A DNA stretch of 64,000 bases from Chrysomallon squamiferum. Taxonomy: Eukaryota > Animalia > Mollusca. The notes under the pieces were generated by a model. The model did not search any database, was not told the origin of the DNA, and saw nothing but the letters and a program-made list of their open reading frames with translations. The position numbers and the translations under genes are program-made. The stretch's first letter is position 1, and the number at the start of each line of letters is the position of its first letter. Below, piece by piece: positions 1 through 15,300 of the stretch. The stretch covers positions 8,308,001 to 8,372,000 of the forward strand of contig CM022672.1 of the NCBI GenBank assembly GCA_012295275.1, written 5' to 3'.

Positions 1-1209
1 TTATTTTTGTCATGAGAGAATACATGATAAAAATTAGTAATCTGAACTTCAGTCACTAAAGGAAACAATTACCGATATAAATTTCAGTCATTAGAAATAT
101 GGTGTAGATTAGTCATCTAGATTTAAATTACTAGACAGATACACATAGTATAAACTAGTATTCTAATCTTAAGTCAATAAATATATGGAGAGTATGAAAA
201 TTTAAGTAAATATATTTCAGTTATTTTCAATTACAGACAAGAGATTAATATATGTGCTACAAGGCATTGTTATGTTTTTAGTTTTTTCCACTAATACTAG
301 AACAGTGGGTAATACTTTAATTATTTTCTAACACTGCCATCACCATAAAATGTTCTCAACATAAAACAAAGAAGAGAAGAGATATACATGTACAGCAAAG
401 CAAAGTAACAGAAGTTCCATACTGCAATACAAAACAGATAATGCAATACATGTTAGGTATGTGTTTGTTCAAATATAGATGGATGTGTGTGCATGAATGC
501 ACATGTGTGTATGTGTAAAAGCCAATTAAATATATGTTATTGTTTTTCTGTAGAAACATATGTAAAGAGAAATATTATATAATTATGAATGTCACAGTTT
601 TCAATGAAAAAATACAGCTGATGAAAATTTTCTACAGTGAATTTCAATTGGAAGAATTGATGTTTTATCACAGACTCTATACAGAAAATTTATTAATGAA
701 TTTTTCACATTACACAGCCACACCATCTGTATCAACTAACAATGATGTAATTGGAATTTTGTTTACTGGTTGTAGGATTTAGTCTCACTACAAAAGTCTC
801 ACTTAGCAAGTAAATGATGCTAAGTAAATAGTAGTAATAATAATAATAATAATAATAAATAATAATAATAATAATAATAATAATAGGAGGAAGAGGAGTA
901 GTGGTAATTGCAGTGGTAGCAGCAGCAGTGGTAATTCTAGTTTTAGCAGGGTGGTTCTACCAGTAATAGTATTGTGTGGTATCAATGTGTTTTACCAAAC
1001 TATTTGGGCTAACTTCGCATTAGGGCTGGATCACATATTAATTGCTGCTGCATTAATATTAATGATTAATTTCATGTTTCAGTTACTGCTACTAAAATGG
1101 TGTATCAAAAATTAAGGTTTATATTTCTAGTCCATGGGAAGATATATTAAAGAATTGCTTACTGTTATATTATAAAAGTAGAACATAATTATTAATTAAT
1201 TTTAGATTT

Positions 1210-1255
<46 letters not shown>

Positions 1256-2363
1256 CTTATTAAAGAGCTTGATTTGCTCAAACAATATTTATTATCACGA
1301 GATTATGTAAAATTAATTTTATTGCAAGTTTAAAGAATACAAAACATTTATTAATAGGTTTTGTATTTGATATGTATGTCATACTACACATAATATTTAT
1401 TTCTCATTTGCCCTATCTAAAGAATACAAATCCAGTAGATGCAAGTTTCAAACATTAGTGACATGATCATCTATATCTGTAATACACACTTATATACTTT
1501 CTGAATAAAAATATTTAATAACAATTGATTAAGAATTATAACTTAATAATGCTATTATTTTGAACTTCAAAAACAAATTTTCAAGGAGGCTTACTCTGTT
1601 AAAATTTTATACAAATGTATCAAGTAATTTGGCTGATGTGAAAAAATAATAACAACAAAATAAATTAAAAACTAAATTAATGAATAATAATAATTTAATT
1701 AATTATTAAAAATAAACTGAGGTATTATATTAATTTATACAGATGAGCCAACAAAATTATATACATGTAATTGAGCAATGTGGATTTCACAAGTAACACA
1801 CTGAAACATTTATTTGTAACACAATATCTTTGAACAGATCAATATACTCAGAAAAAACAACCAAAAAAAACCAAAAACAAATAATTTTTAATTTTTAGAA
1901 AATAAATGTGGTAATTGTTTTTTTACTCAGTTAATAAAAAGTTTTATTATTTGAACATATTTGTTTTCCCAAATGTTCACTAAATACATTTTATTCTAAT
2001 TAAAATTCTTTTCAGCTTTTTGCTAAAAAAACCAAAAACAAACAAATAATAATATAAATAAACTAATAATGTATATAAATTCAAAAATGAAAAAAAAAAA
2101 AAAAAATAAATAAAATAATATATGTAATAAAATAACAATAACAACAAGAAAAACAAGAAGGAAAAAAATATACCAAAGCAAAACCAATATACATGTATTT
2201 CTCATATGTGTATTACAACCTGTGGTGAAGTAAACTTTTTCTAAGAAGGACACCCATCCACTAAAGTTTCATCCATCAAACTAAAGATGAAAAGTGATTT
2301 GTTCTTATTACTATATATATTAATATGCACTGTTGTTAACACTTACAAATTCAGTATTTAAAT

Positions 2364-2691
2364 CTGGTGTGGGCAACCTTTTTGGAGAAGTGGGCCACAT
2401 AAGACATGGCTATATGTGAAGGAGGTAACTGTATCAACAATTAGCTATTCCTGCTGCAGAGGCCCATATGTGTCAAGATAAATTTGTGTTTTTACGTAGA
2501 GTTTATTTTAAGAAATTTTTCATTTTCATTTACTGTTATAATAAAAATAATTACATATGTTTTAATATATTAGTAGATACAAACTCATTTTATGAAAAAA
2601 AAATAAAATAAATAAATTATAAATATGAATTGAGGATGAAATGAGACAAACAAAATTTTAATTAATGTTGGCAGCAGTTTGCCCATGACTG
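2364..2691. mobile_element. hAT-type non-autonomous element (MITE) downstream of the EDEM3 stop
   Basis: Imperfect TIRs CTGGTGTGGGCAACC ... GTTTGCCCATGACTG flanked by an identical 8-bp duplication ATTTAAAT (2356-2363 and 2692-2699). 8-bp TSDs are typical of hAT elements. Confidence 0.75.
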
Positions 2692-2998
2692 ATTTAAATA
2701 TATATTTTTTTTAAATATTCCGCATAAATTTATGATAAAAATAATGTACCATAAACCGTAGTTTGTTAAATGTTTATGAATTTATAATAATTTACAGTAA
2801 TTGCATTTTCATTATTAATAATTATTATTGGCAGAGTTAAGAAATTCCATAGATACTCTCATTTGAAAACAGGGCATGTTGTAAAAGTGTGATGGACTAT
2901 TTCATTAGTGGTTGGTGTCTCATTCAGAACAAGGCTCCTTCAGCTTTCAGGTTAATGCACAGACACACTCACATAATGATGAAACAGTATTAACATTT

Positions 2999-5900
2999 CT
3001 ATAACTCATCTCTCGAACTGTGCTCAGATTTATCACTAGTCCTATCCATGTCTTCCTCTTCACCTGTCCTTGATTTATAATGATCACCTATCCTCATATT
3101 ATCATCACCTGTTTTTAAATTATAATCATCACCTGTCCTCAAGTTATCATCACCTCTCCTCATTTTGTAATCATCACCTGTCCTTAATTTATCATTTCCT
3201 GTCCTCAATTCATCATTATCTGTTTTCAATTGATCATTATTATTATAATCACTATCTGTCCTGATTTTGCCACTCTCTGTGTCAGATGTTTGGCTAAACT
3301 TTGTGTTTTCTAAAGAAATGGTGTCATGGTTTTGTTCTGATTCATCAACGATTCATTTCTCTGACAACATGATCACCATGATGCAGTGATTCTCCTTTGT
3401 TAAAAGTTGATTCTTCTCCACTTTCACTTTTTTCTCGTCTACTTACCGATTCCTCGTCATGTTTGTTTTCTTTGTCAATAACTAGATTTAAAATCCCATG
3501 ATCATCAATGGTTGCTCCATACGGGTTTTCCGAGTCATGATCAGGTGTTGTGTAGACCAAGTAACCACTGAATCTGACGAACCTTCAACCTTTGACTCTG
3601 TCTGTGCCGATTCGGCAACATCTGAACTGCTTCTACTTTGTTGTTCATCTGTAAACTCGGATTTTTGATGGTCGTTCACACTGCTGTCTTGTTGAATGTG
3701 ACCTTTAAAATATTCAGACTGTTTGACATCTGTGTTCAGTTTAGAAAAATGACTTCCAGATTCAGCAAAGTCCTCCTGTGATGCGTAATGTCTTCCGTCT
3801 TCCACTCTCTGAGTCTGTTTCGAGGGCTGTCTCTCCTTCATCAGTTCTGAGGCAAGTTTTTCTATCAACTCTCGCAGTGTGCTGTCCACCATTCCAATTC
3901 CAACGTGTGATGACTCGAGAAAACGAGCAATAACATTCAAGTACTCACTTCTGTCAGTCAGAGTGTCAAAATTGGTCTTCTCTCTCAAAGTTTTCAAGAT
4001 TCTGGAATAAATATCATTGAACTTAACATCTTTCTTAACCTTATCATCTTCCTCATCGTCGTCATCCACACTGAAACCAACATGTATCGATCCATCTGGT
4101 CTTTCAACAACTTTGAGAATTCTGTCATCATTATCTGTATCAACTGAACTAAACACTTCATTTTTTCCACTCCCCTCTGAGACCTTCACCTTCATGTGTA
4201 CTCGCCGAGATTCAACTTGGAAGGAGACTGGGAGCTCCTGGTCACCTCCTCTCATAGGAGCATTGTGATATGGAGGAGTTTGATCTGGTATGTAAGGACT
4301 ACCTCCAGATTCCTCTGGTTGTGAGCCATCTGGTGGTAAGGGTTGTAGTATTTCTGAGGAATAAATAAAAAAATAAACAAATAAAGAGAGAAAGAAAGAA
4401 AGAAAGAAATGTTTTACCCTGAGGTTTGTTATTTTTATTATTATTTTTAAATTTATGTCAGTTTTTTATAAATACAAAATATTTTAAATTTTTAATTTTT
4501 ATATATCACTAGTATCAGTCAGTCTTCTTATAAATGTAAACTGTTGTATACATTTTGTTTTGTGCAAGTATCCATACCTACTTGTAATCCTTGCAGATAT
4601 TCTTTCTGTTCCTATTACAACAATAATGAATTATAAATTACAGATTCTGTTACTCAAGTTAATTTAAAAAGTTAGGTGTAATAATGACCTCTGTCATGTT
4701 ACCATATTTTTATTTACACATGACAAGTTCTAATAACTGTTGATCTTGAACAACTGTAAGATGACTGATATTACAAGTGGTGGGTTTGTCACTGTTGATC
4801 ACAACTTACTTTCAGCATTCGAATCCTGCAAAGACACTTGCACCACACCCATGTCCTGTACAGCACTGATCAACTGAGAGCCTTCCTTTTCGAAGAGAAA
4901 CACCATGGGAATTGTTATGTCATTTTTCCCGTCCCCTGACATCGCAAACAAGGCCTGGCTCTCCACCGAGCTCCCTTCATTGTGATCTACAGCGAGACAT
5001 TGTTAACAAATCATAATCAGAACTGTCATGATCAGAGAACCATTTCACAAAATTACCTGAAATCAGTTTCCACACAAAGCATGAGCTTTGTCAGAAAAAA
5101 AACAACATGTTGATGGTAAAAAAAAAAAAAAAAAAAAAATTTGTTTTTATTTTGTTTTGTTTTGTTTTTATTCTTTCTTTCTTTTTATCATTTTCTAGAA
5201 ACACATTAGGTCTATCAAATATTGTTCATTAAAGCCAGAGATGTGTACACTTTTAATATGGATTAAAAAATAATAATAATAAAAAAAATGAAACCTGAAG
5301 GAAAATTATTCTTTGTGAAAGAGAATATTACTATGTTTACTACTGTTGTATGAACAACATAAATTAGAAACAATACATATTTGCATAATAAAACAATAAT
5401 AAATAAATAAATAAATAAATAAATAAATTAAATCAAAGAAAAAAGAAGAAACAGGTTTAATCTTACCAACAACAATACCACCCACAGCTCCAGCTTTCTC
5501 TAGATTTCTTGCCTGCAACAAGTTTAAAAAAAAAAAAAAATCATTAGCTCTATTAATTAAACTGTTTACATGGTAAAACATAATTACATATTTCCAAGTG
5601 AAAAATTATTTCAGTCTTTGCTGCTATTTTTTAAATAAAGCATAATAATAATATAGCAAATTATTAGATAATGCTGGGGTTTGTTTTGTTTGTTTCTGAA
5701 GATCAGTTTTTGTTGTTATTTTTAATAATAACAGATCTTTTGAGACTGACTGAGGCTATTTTTATTATTATTATTAGTAGTAGCATTTTTTTTTTTAAAT
5801 TCAAATTATAACAAATTCCAAATTATTGATATTATAATATTTTAAAAATTTAATTTTTTAGTCAGATGTTAAATCATGTAATTTTGTAATGACAGTTTGA

Positions 5901-6305
5901 GAAGAAACACACAATTACTACAGTTCAGACTATCATAAAAGCTGCTAGTGATATTAACATTTTCTCACACAAACAGAAGCACAGCAGCTGTGGCACACTG
6001 GCTGAGATTGGAGTGTAGTGAATATGGGATATTCACAGCTGATTATACTGATAAAATATATTTTTTTTAAAATGAGGATTATTTCTCACCTTGTCAACAA
6101 ACATGCATTCACCTCGTTCTAACAGGACTATTTTACCAAACACTTCATTTGGGTTCATCAGAGTGGTACATGCTTTGAAAGGACTGGCAACAGCTAACTG
6201 TCCATCAACCTAGGGTAAAAAATAAACAGATGTCAACATAGTGAATAAACAAAATGCATTTTAGTTAGTAAAGCAATTACTGTCATATATCAAACTGCTA
6301 TAAGC

Positions 6306-6390
<85 letters not shown>

Positions 6391-9300
6391 TTAGACAAAT
6401 TAATTAATTTAAAAAAGTTAATGAAATAATTTATGAATAACAGTAAATAAAAAATAAGAATGTAAATAGAAGATATTCATATGTTAGCAAGTAAAAAAGT
6501 TAATATGAAAATTTAAGTATATAAATAAATATGTAAGAAAGTAAATAAGAAAGTGTATAAGTATGAAAATAAGTAAGTAAACAAGTATGTAAACAAGTAA
6601 ATAATTAGTTACTGGTGGAGACTCTTTGAGGTTGTATCCAAACTGAGCAGGTCCTGCTTTAAACAGAGAGGGACCAGAGAAGTTTGGTGACAACACTTTG
6701 ACAAACATTGGATCATGTTGTGCTGAAACAAAATTTAAATAATTTTACTCATATTGATGTGTGGGGTATGTACAGTTGGCAATAGTTTTATAGTATTGTA
6801 TTGTATTTTTCTTGTGATTTTGCTTAACAGAAATCAGACAAAATTGAAAAATATGGAAATCTAAATAAATACACAAGGCCATGTGGTCAAATGCAGAGAC
6901 ATACACACACACATTTCTTCACAGAACTAAAAAATTATTCAAAGAAGGAAACTTCTCCGAATTATTATTTGTAAACAATTTTATTATTTGCTTAAGATAA
7001 TTATTGATTTTACTTTTATATTTAATATGTATTTTACTTCTTTATTACTGATTTTCTGTTCCATTCTTTTTTTCTTTACTCGTTCATTTTTGGTTGTTGG
7101 AGGTTTGGATGCTGTTATTTATTTATTTTTAACCACATATTCAGCACAGTTAATTAACCATACCTGAAGTCTCTAATTTCTTACAACAAACAGAAAATAA
7201 TAATTTTAAGTATATCTAACTCTCCTAACCATCTGATTTATATTTATAAATTTTGTTATTAGCTATGATAATGTATGACATTCAAAACTGGAATCAATGA
7301 AGTTCAAGCCAGTAATTGTGGTTATTTTTGTATCATATGTTTTTTTATGAAAAATCATTACTGTGTCATGACACAGTTAATCTTTATTTTATTTCTTTAT
7401 TTTGAATCATTTCATTGTTTATAGTTTGTATTCTCTAAATACTGATATCTTAAACCATCAACAAATGTTTCTGAGGTGTGTCAGATATATGCAAAAGGAT
7501 ATTTGTAATCTGTTAAAACTGTAAACAGCAACTGGTGGGTAATCAATATTTGTGATACATGACTCAAGCATGTTACAATATCAATATTAATTGTCTTCAG
7601 CTGTTACCAAACTGCGTGTTTGCTGAAGATTCTGTGAACAAATGATGCAGAGGTATTGATATATTGTGAACTAAAACAAGCTAGTTTAAATACAACTATC
7701 TCTGATGTTAGGATTAGACGTTTTTATTGTTTATTTGGTTTTTTTCTTTGTGATGCTGGCAGTTAACAGCTGTTAAACTGGTGATTTTAGTTTTCTAATT
7801 TGTGTTTATAATTGTTTATACCAAACCAAATACATACTGTCAACGTGTCACTGACTTTCTAATCTTTTAAAGTGCGTACTTGTGGCAACTAACAAACAAA
7901 CTTCTAAGTTATTATTTTATTGTTCAGTTCAAAACCGAGAATCGCAATTAATAAAATACTCTTACAGAACAGTCAAACACCACCATCCTTCCTCTTCACA
8001 ACTGAAATCATGACATCATCCTTAAATACCAGACTTACAGCTGTGTTTTTTACAGATATCAGATAAAACTTTATACCAAACTAGACTATCCTTATGTGAC
8101 TACAGAAAAACTGCAGCAGCCAAGCTCTCTATATATTATTTTGTTCTTAAACATCATTTTTAATAAAGTCTGGATTTCAAAAAAACAAATAATACCTGAC
8201 TTGAAAATATTTACATTGTTTGTTTGCTTCACCGAAAGTGTATTTAAAATTTTCTGAAATTATTTAATTTGCAGTGCTAATAGTAAGAGTAACAGTGACA
8301 GATACCTGAGCCTTCCTGTGTTTGTGTTTTTGACAACTCTATCATCTCCTGCATAAACCTCATCCCATCCTCGGCATCAGCAGGACTGGCAGCCTGAACA
8401 GAGAACAGGATTTTTAATAATATGTGTGATAGAGAAAGAATGAAATGTGTGTGAGAGAAGAAGAACGAACCTAATAGAGCCAGAAAAACACAGACAAAAT
8501 AAACTGAGAAAGGAAACTGATCTAGTTAAAAACTGAAGAGATTAATAATTTCTGACCTCAGATGCTGTGTGCAGTAACTGGACTCTTCCATCTGTCATTG
8601 TCTGAATTCGGATTCCCATCCTGTGTAGAATGTCCAGTTGTTCCTTGTTTCCTGCAATGAAGTCTCCAGCCTTCAGTCTTTCTCTTTCCCTGAAATCACA
8701 CACAGGTGTCACTTCTAAATCTCTTGTAACATTATGTACAACATTGTTAACAATTACAGAATCCCAGTCCAATATCATTTCAGGCTAATATAAATAATTA
8801 GGGGATTTTTTAACAATGACAGGAAAGCACATTCCTTGACCTTTGACATCTAGATCATAAGTCACCAGTTGGACTGAGGAAAATAATCATGCCTTCCAAT
8901 GCTGAAATGAATGCACTGGACCATAAAAAAAAAAAAAAAAAAAAATGTAACAATTTAAAAATAAACAAAAAATTCTACCAAAAATAAAAATTACAATTCT
9001 TAAAATAAATATAACTATTAGCTTGATTTATTAGTTTTCAATTATTTACATACTATTTACTAAAAACTGTAAATATAAATTTCAATAATTAAAATTTTAA
9101 CATACCTGTGAGGAGGTGGGCTCACTTTGTTAACGAGATTCTTCATCTGATGACGAAGTCCATACGCATAATTCTGTCCTCCAGGTAGCATTACCTGTAG
9201 GTTTGGACAGGTGTTGTGATTAGCATCCATTTCTAGACCACCTCTCCGACATTCGGAATTTGACACCTCTCTTTCCGATATGCCCTCCGTGTCGTAGTTT

Positions 9301-12300
9301 CTGTCTAAATTCCTGTAACTTTCTGGCTCAATCTGTAACAGTGTTTACAGTATTTTTAGATTCACTGTCAACATTTAAATTATTTCTACATTAGACTGTC
9401 AACATCTAAATTATTGCCATATAACACTGTCAATATTTAAATTATTTCTACATTACACTGTCGACATTTAAATAATTTCTACATTACGCTGTCAAATTTA
9501 AATAATTTCTACATTACACTGTCAAATTTAAATAATTTCTAGATTAGTCAACATTTAAAATATTTCTACATTTTCAACATTTAAATTATTTCTGTATAAT
9601 GCTGACAAATTTATATAATTTCTACATTAAACATTACACTGTCAACATTTAAATAATTTCTAGATTTCAGTCAACATTCAAGTAATTTCTACATTACACA
9701 TTATACAGTCAACATTTAAACAGTATCTACATTAGAAAGTCAGATTTAAATTATGTCTACATTACTGCTGTATGGCATCAGCTAGATTTCAATGTAATCT
9801 GACAACATCTTGAAGAGAATGGATCTTGAAAACTATCAAACGTGTTTAATACATCAACACCAAGCTACAATCCATTTGCAGACTCTTACCTTTGCTGATG
9901 ATTTAGATTTGTTGGTTAAAGACAGAGACAGGGGCAGGAGGTGAGCCTCTGTGGTGAATATGTAATCATCTATTGGTAACACGTGATCCTCAGGCTCGGA
10001 AAACAGCAGGTACAGATATTTAAATGTCTCTGCCAGCATGTACGAATCCATCCTGTATGAAATAGCATCTTTATTATTATTATTATTATTATTATTATCA
10101 TCATTATCATTATCATGATTATTGTTGTTGTTATTGTTGTTGTTGTTGTTATTTGATTATTATGATTATTATTATTAACATTGTCATTTCATTATCATGA
10201 TTATTAATATTATATTATTACCCAAGAACTTTTATTCTGTATAACTTGTTATAAAGTGTATGAACATTATTAATTATGACTTCTATAAAAACAGTATCAT
10301 ACTGGTCTTCATGTGTTCCCTTCGTTAAATCTTTAATTGCAGCATATCCACATGGAACTCGGGCATGTTTCTCTAAGTTGTCTATTATCAGTTTACCTAC
10401 ATCCAGGTAGTGTGCATCACCTGTAGCCTGAAATAATTAGCTTTAATTAATACAGGTGTGGCAACAAATTAAAAAAAAATCAAAATAAATTATAAAAAAT
10501 ATCTCAACAATAGAAATGTATGTATTTATTTGCAAAGATCATTGATAATGTGCAGTGTATTAAAATTTATAATAATTGTAATACATACGAATGTATAAAC
10601 ATAAAGACTTAACAATACAACTATATACATTTATACAGTGTCACATGCAGTTTTTGGTGCTCTGAATGCTAAATATAATTTATACACGCACACAAATACA
10701 ATCTATGAACAAAATACACATACATGAATTTTATTACAGGCAATAAATTATTATTCAAATAATCAATATCACACTTTCATCAAGACATTGTAATAAAACT
10801 GTCAAACTAAAGTAGACAAGTGTGACAATTTATTCAAATTTGTATAACTGAAACTACATCAAAGCTTCATCATTCAAACAAAATAAATCACTTTCAATTT
10901 AATCGTAAATTTGTATATTTATTAACATTTATTGTACATTTACATGAATGTAAAAATAAGTGAATTTTTTATTAATTATAAATTTGCATTCATGCAGTTA
11001 AAACTGATCAAAGATTTTTTTCAAATAATTCAATCACACAATTAAACATGCTCCAGTTTTTTTTAGGGAGAGGGGTTAGAGAATACAGGTTTGTGTGTGT
11101 GTGCTCATATGTATATTTGATACTATAAAATACAAAGCAGATAAATAATAAATTTACTTTTTTATATAACAAACAAGCTGACATTTCTGTGGGTCAATAT
11201 TGATGATATGTGGATATAACATTTGAGATGTACTAAAAATTGTTAAAATATTAAATATTAAGAGCTATTAGTGTTGGTTACCTTGTATAAGAAATAGGTG
11301 GACTCAACAAACTCTGGTCGCAGAGGGTGATGTCCCCAGTGAATTCGGAAATCTGTTGTAAAGGCCTGAATCAGAAAACTGGACATTTTAGAACTGGTGA
11401 AGTTTAAACAAACACAAATGTACAGACACACATATACATGCATCACCATTGCATACACATGGATAAACACACTATTACATAGACAAACACAGACAGGGAA
11501 ACACACACTCATAAACAAACACACACACAGATTCACAAACACAGAAACACACGTAAATAAGTATACACACACACACATATACAAACACATTATTTCATAT
11601 TATCTCACTTCAGGTAAGAAGTTGTGTCTCTGCATGACTTGGTACAACATTTCATGTGTTTCTACTGCTGGTCCAATGTCACCTTTTAACACCTGCAAGT
11701 ACATAGATTATATTTCTTATCATAATACCTCTTTGTCTATTACATAAAAGAACCATATATTTAAATTCTAGAAAAAACATAAAGAATGACAGATGAAAAA
11801 CAAATGAATATTTATATTTGACTAAACAGGTATCAGTAATTAGGAGATTGTGAACATCCGGATGACAACTAGGTCTGCCACTCTGTGAGTTAATCACTTA
11901 CAAACACAAGATGTTTTATATTCGTCTTCAACTAATACAAATTAGAATATCACAGTTGTTGTGAGTAACAAACAAATACAATTTATGTACGAACAGTGAG
12001 TAACAGTCTGCACTGGGAAATGACTTGATGAGTACAAAAGCTGAACTAATCATACAACCTGTCATTCCTTGTGTAAACAGACACTCTGTCAGTAAACCAT
12101 AGCACATTCCTAACTGTGGAGGAATTCATGTAAATTACCTGCAGACCTGGCCAGAAAGCCAGGAGTGAGTCCATGAAGTTACGAGAGACTGCCTCGGGTT
12201 TGTGCATGTGTACGTCAACAAGCAGCGGCCCCTGACTGACGTACCTCATCACCGCATCGTAGTGCTGAAAAATATTAACATCAACAAATAAATAATTATC

Positions 12301-15300
12301 TGCTGTTGAGGTCAAAAACTGACATGAATAAAACATTGTTTAAATAAACAAGCATACATACTTTTTACTTTTTAAAGCAACTCTGATATATGATATTAAA
12401 AGAGTAACAAATAACAAAAGTCTAATTAAACATGACTACTTATATCAAATTAATTTATTAAACCAAAGAATTACTGTGCAGTAAGACTGGTTTAAAAGAA
12501 ATAAATCAAAACAATTGATGTTACCTTATTAAATCTGTCCAAGTAGGTCTCATCTCCTAGAAGAATGTACGCTTTGAGTACGTACTCGTAGTATGAGTCA
12601 ATCCCTGCACCAACCCCACTCTCTGAAACAGAATAGACAACTCACCAAATAAGATACTTCCTCATTTAATTATTCATTTTGTTTACAGGAACATTAAAGC
12701 TGTTCAGTATTTGTGATTAAAGTCACAGAAAAAGACAAAAATCATCTACATTCTCAGAACCAAATCATGTTTAGTTGTCAAATACTTCTATTAGTGGGGA
12801 TAAATATCATGATTTAGCTCAGATAATAAACATATTATCCTCTTTGTTTAAACTAAAAAGAGTGCAGTGTTTAAATAAGAATAGCTATAAATACCTCTAC
12901 GTATCCAGTCACCGTTGTGGATGTTGATGACCATGCCCATGAGGTCACTTGTGTGATGTCGCTGATTCCATAAGAAGTCCATAGCTTTCTGAGCCTTCAT
13001 CTACACATAATAATTACTACAAATTAAAAACTTTTATTATGTCTTCAATTATTCTTTTAATGAAACTCAAAAATGAAATATTTTAATGATAATTTCAATA
13101 TGTATAAAGAAATGAAAACAACATTTTTTAAAAACTAAAATATGCATATCACATTACAATAATAAGTAAATTTATCAGTAACAAATATTGTACTCAGAGT
13201 ATTTCATAACTCTGAAATGTTGCAAAGACTTGTTTTATAAAGAAGAGAAAGATGAAGCAGTGTCTACCTCGTATCTGGGGTCACCACTCAGTCGACTGAG
13301 AGCAGCAAACTCAAGAATCATTGTCCCTGCACACGCAGTACATGTGTCCTTGTTCTGTGTACTGATTGCATCATTTATGCCACTCCGCAAGTTTATCTGC
13401 AACATGCAATCAATAAACACTCAGTACATTTTAATGTTAATGTTATCACGTGTTGAAATCTATTTGGAAATTATTTTATTTTAATATAATGAAAAACCCC
13501 TGACCCACCCACTGCAGACAGCACTCTATTCTTACCAACACTTTGATTTGATATTTTAAAATATATATTCTGACATAAAGAAGACACTGGTGAGAATGTT
13601 AACAACATCTACCCTGGGATAAGGAATTCCTGTGGTGGTGTTGAAGGCTGGCATCAGTCGGTCTCCAACCTCTTTTGCCATGTCAAGCAGCTCCTGGTTA
13701 TACCACATCATTCCTTTCTTCTTCTTCTTAAGATAACTTGCAACCACATGTCCTCCCAGAAGACCTCTGAAAAAAACAATAATAATAATAATAATAAATT
13801 AAAAATATAAATTTGGTAAATTACTACTGACTGAAACTAACTGTCATACTAACAGACTGATTTTGTCTACCTTCTGTTTTTTCCTTTCTCTCATCTCTCC
13901 CTCTCTTCTTGCTTTCCCAAGCTTTCTCATCTCTCTCAATAATACAGCTAATCATTATTATTACTCAGCCAATAACATATTTCACTATTAAGTAATTTAA
14001 TTAAAAAATCCAATTTATAAATCTTACCCTAAAATTCTGATGTTTGTTTCAAACACAGACACAATAATGTCAGCATCATACTTGGCATCTCTGATGACAT
14101 TCTGCACCGCAGTCTCAAACTCAACCAGTTTCCCAAGAACCTGGAAACATTCAAATACATCCTGAGTAACAAAGTGTCAATATACAATATACACAGAATA
14201 TGTTGTATAAATTCATTTTTATCGAAAATAAAAAAAATAAAAATACCAACAAGAATAAACAACTAATTTATCATGAAAAAACATTAAATAAGACAATAAT
14301 TCAAATAGTTATTACAATAATATGAATAAGCATTTTTTTTTTGGACACCAGTTAACAATTGCATAATGAATTCAGAAAGGTATGCACCTCCATCACAACG
14401 AGATGAGAAAACAATGTATGCTTGTTATACTTACTGCCAAACTATCCAGGGAATCGATGAGTGTGAGAGTAAAACTGAAATACACAGAGAAAAATAAATA
14501 ACCAAAGAGAGAATTTTGATTTGTTAAATATTAACAGTTGCTGATATTACATGTAACACCAATGTTGTCAAACATATTTAAAAGAGCATTATAGAAAATT
14601 TTACTTTTTATTTTTTAATTCTTCATCTGTGTTAAAATACCATATTGGACATCATACTGGTCATATTTTTAATCTACACAGGTTTTCAGCATAATGGACT
14701 CACAGACAGAAATATATGTCTTAATGTGAGTATTATAAACTAGTGTGTTGAATTTAATAAATTTTTGTTATAAATACTTGTAACCATTACTACAAATAAA
14801 TAAATAAATTAATTAATTAATTAACACATGAACTTACTTTCCTAGTGTGTCGTCAACATCTCCTCGACTGGGTTTGGTTCCTCTGTATCTTCCTTTACAA
14901 CTCAGTGGCATCAACTCATCTGCCGGGTATGCATGTTTCTGAAATATAAATAATGATAATAACAACAACATGAAATAATAATGATAATAATGATAATAAT
15001 GATGATCATATATCATAATGATAAAAATAGTAACAGTGATAATAAATAATAATAGGAAGTGATAATAAAATAATAGTAGCACTACTACTACTATTGCTAA
15101 TGTTAACAACAACAACAATAGTAACAACAGTAACAATGATCATATGTGCTTTTGCACTGTTTCTAAACTGACTGATCTTTACAAACCGAAATAGGTTACT
15201 CACCATATAAGATCCATAAGCGTGGTCAAACATTTGAAGAACTTGTTCCCTGCAATAGCCAGAAATATCTCAAATCTACTTCCTTTTCAGTTAATTCATT

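Noticed and set aside
7360-7377. Perfect 18-bp palindrome ACTGTGTCATGACACAGT
   Set aside because: It is isolated in an intron with no loop, TSD or supporting context.
9350-9765. Regular ~31-bp repeats resembling a CRISPR array
   Set aside because: The units are head-to-tail with no unique spacers, lie in a eukaryotic intron, and no cas genes are present. This is a minisatellite.
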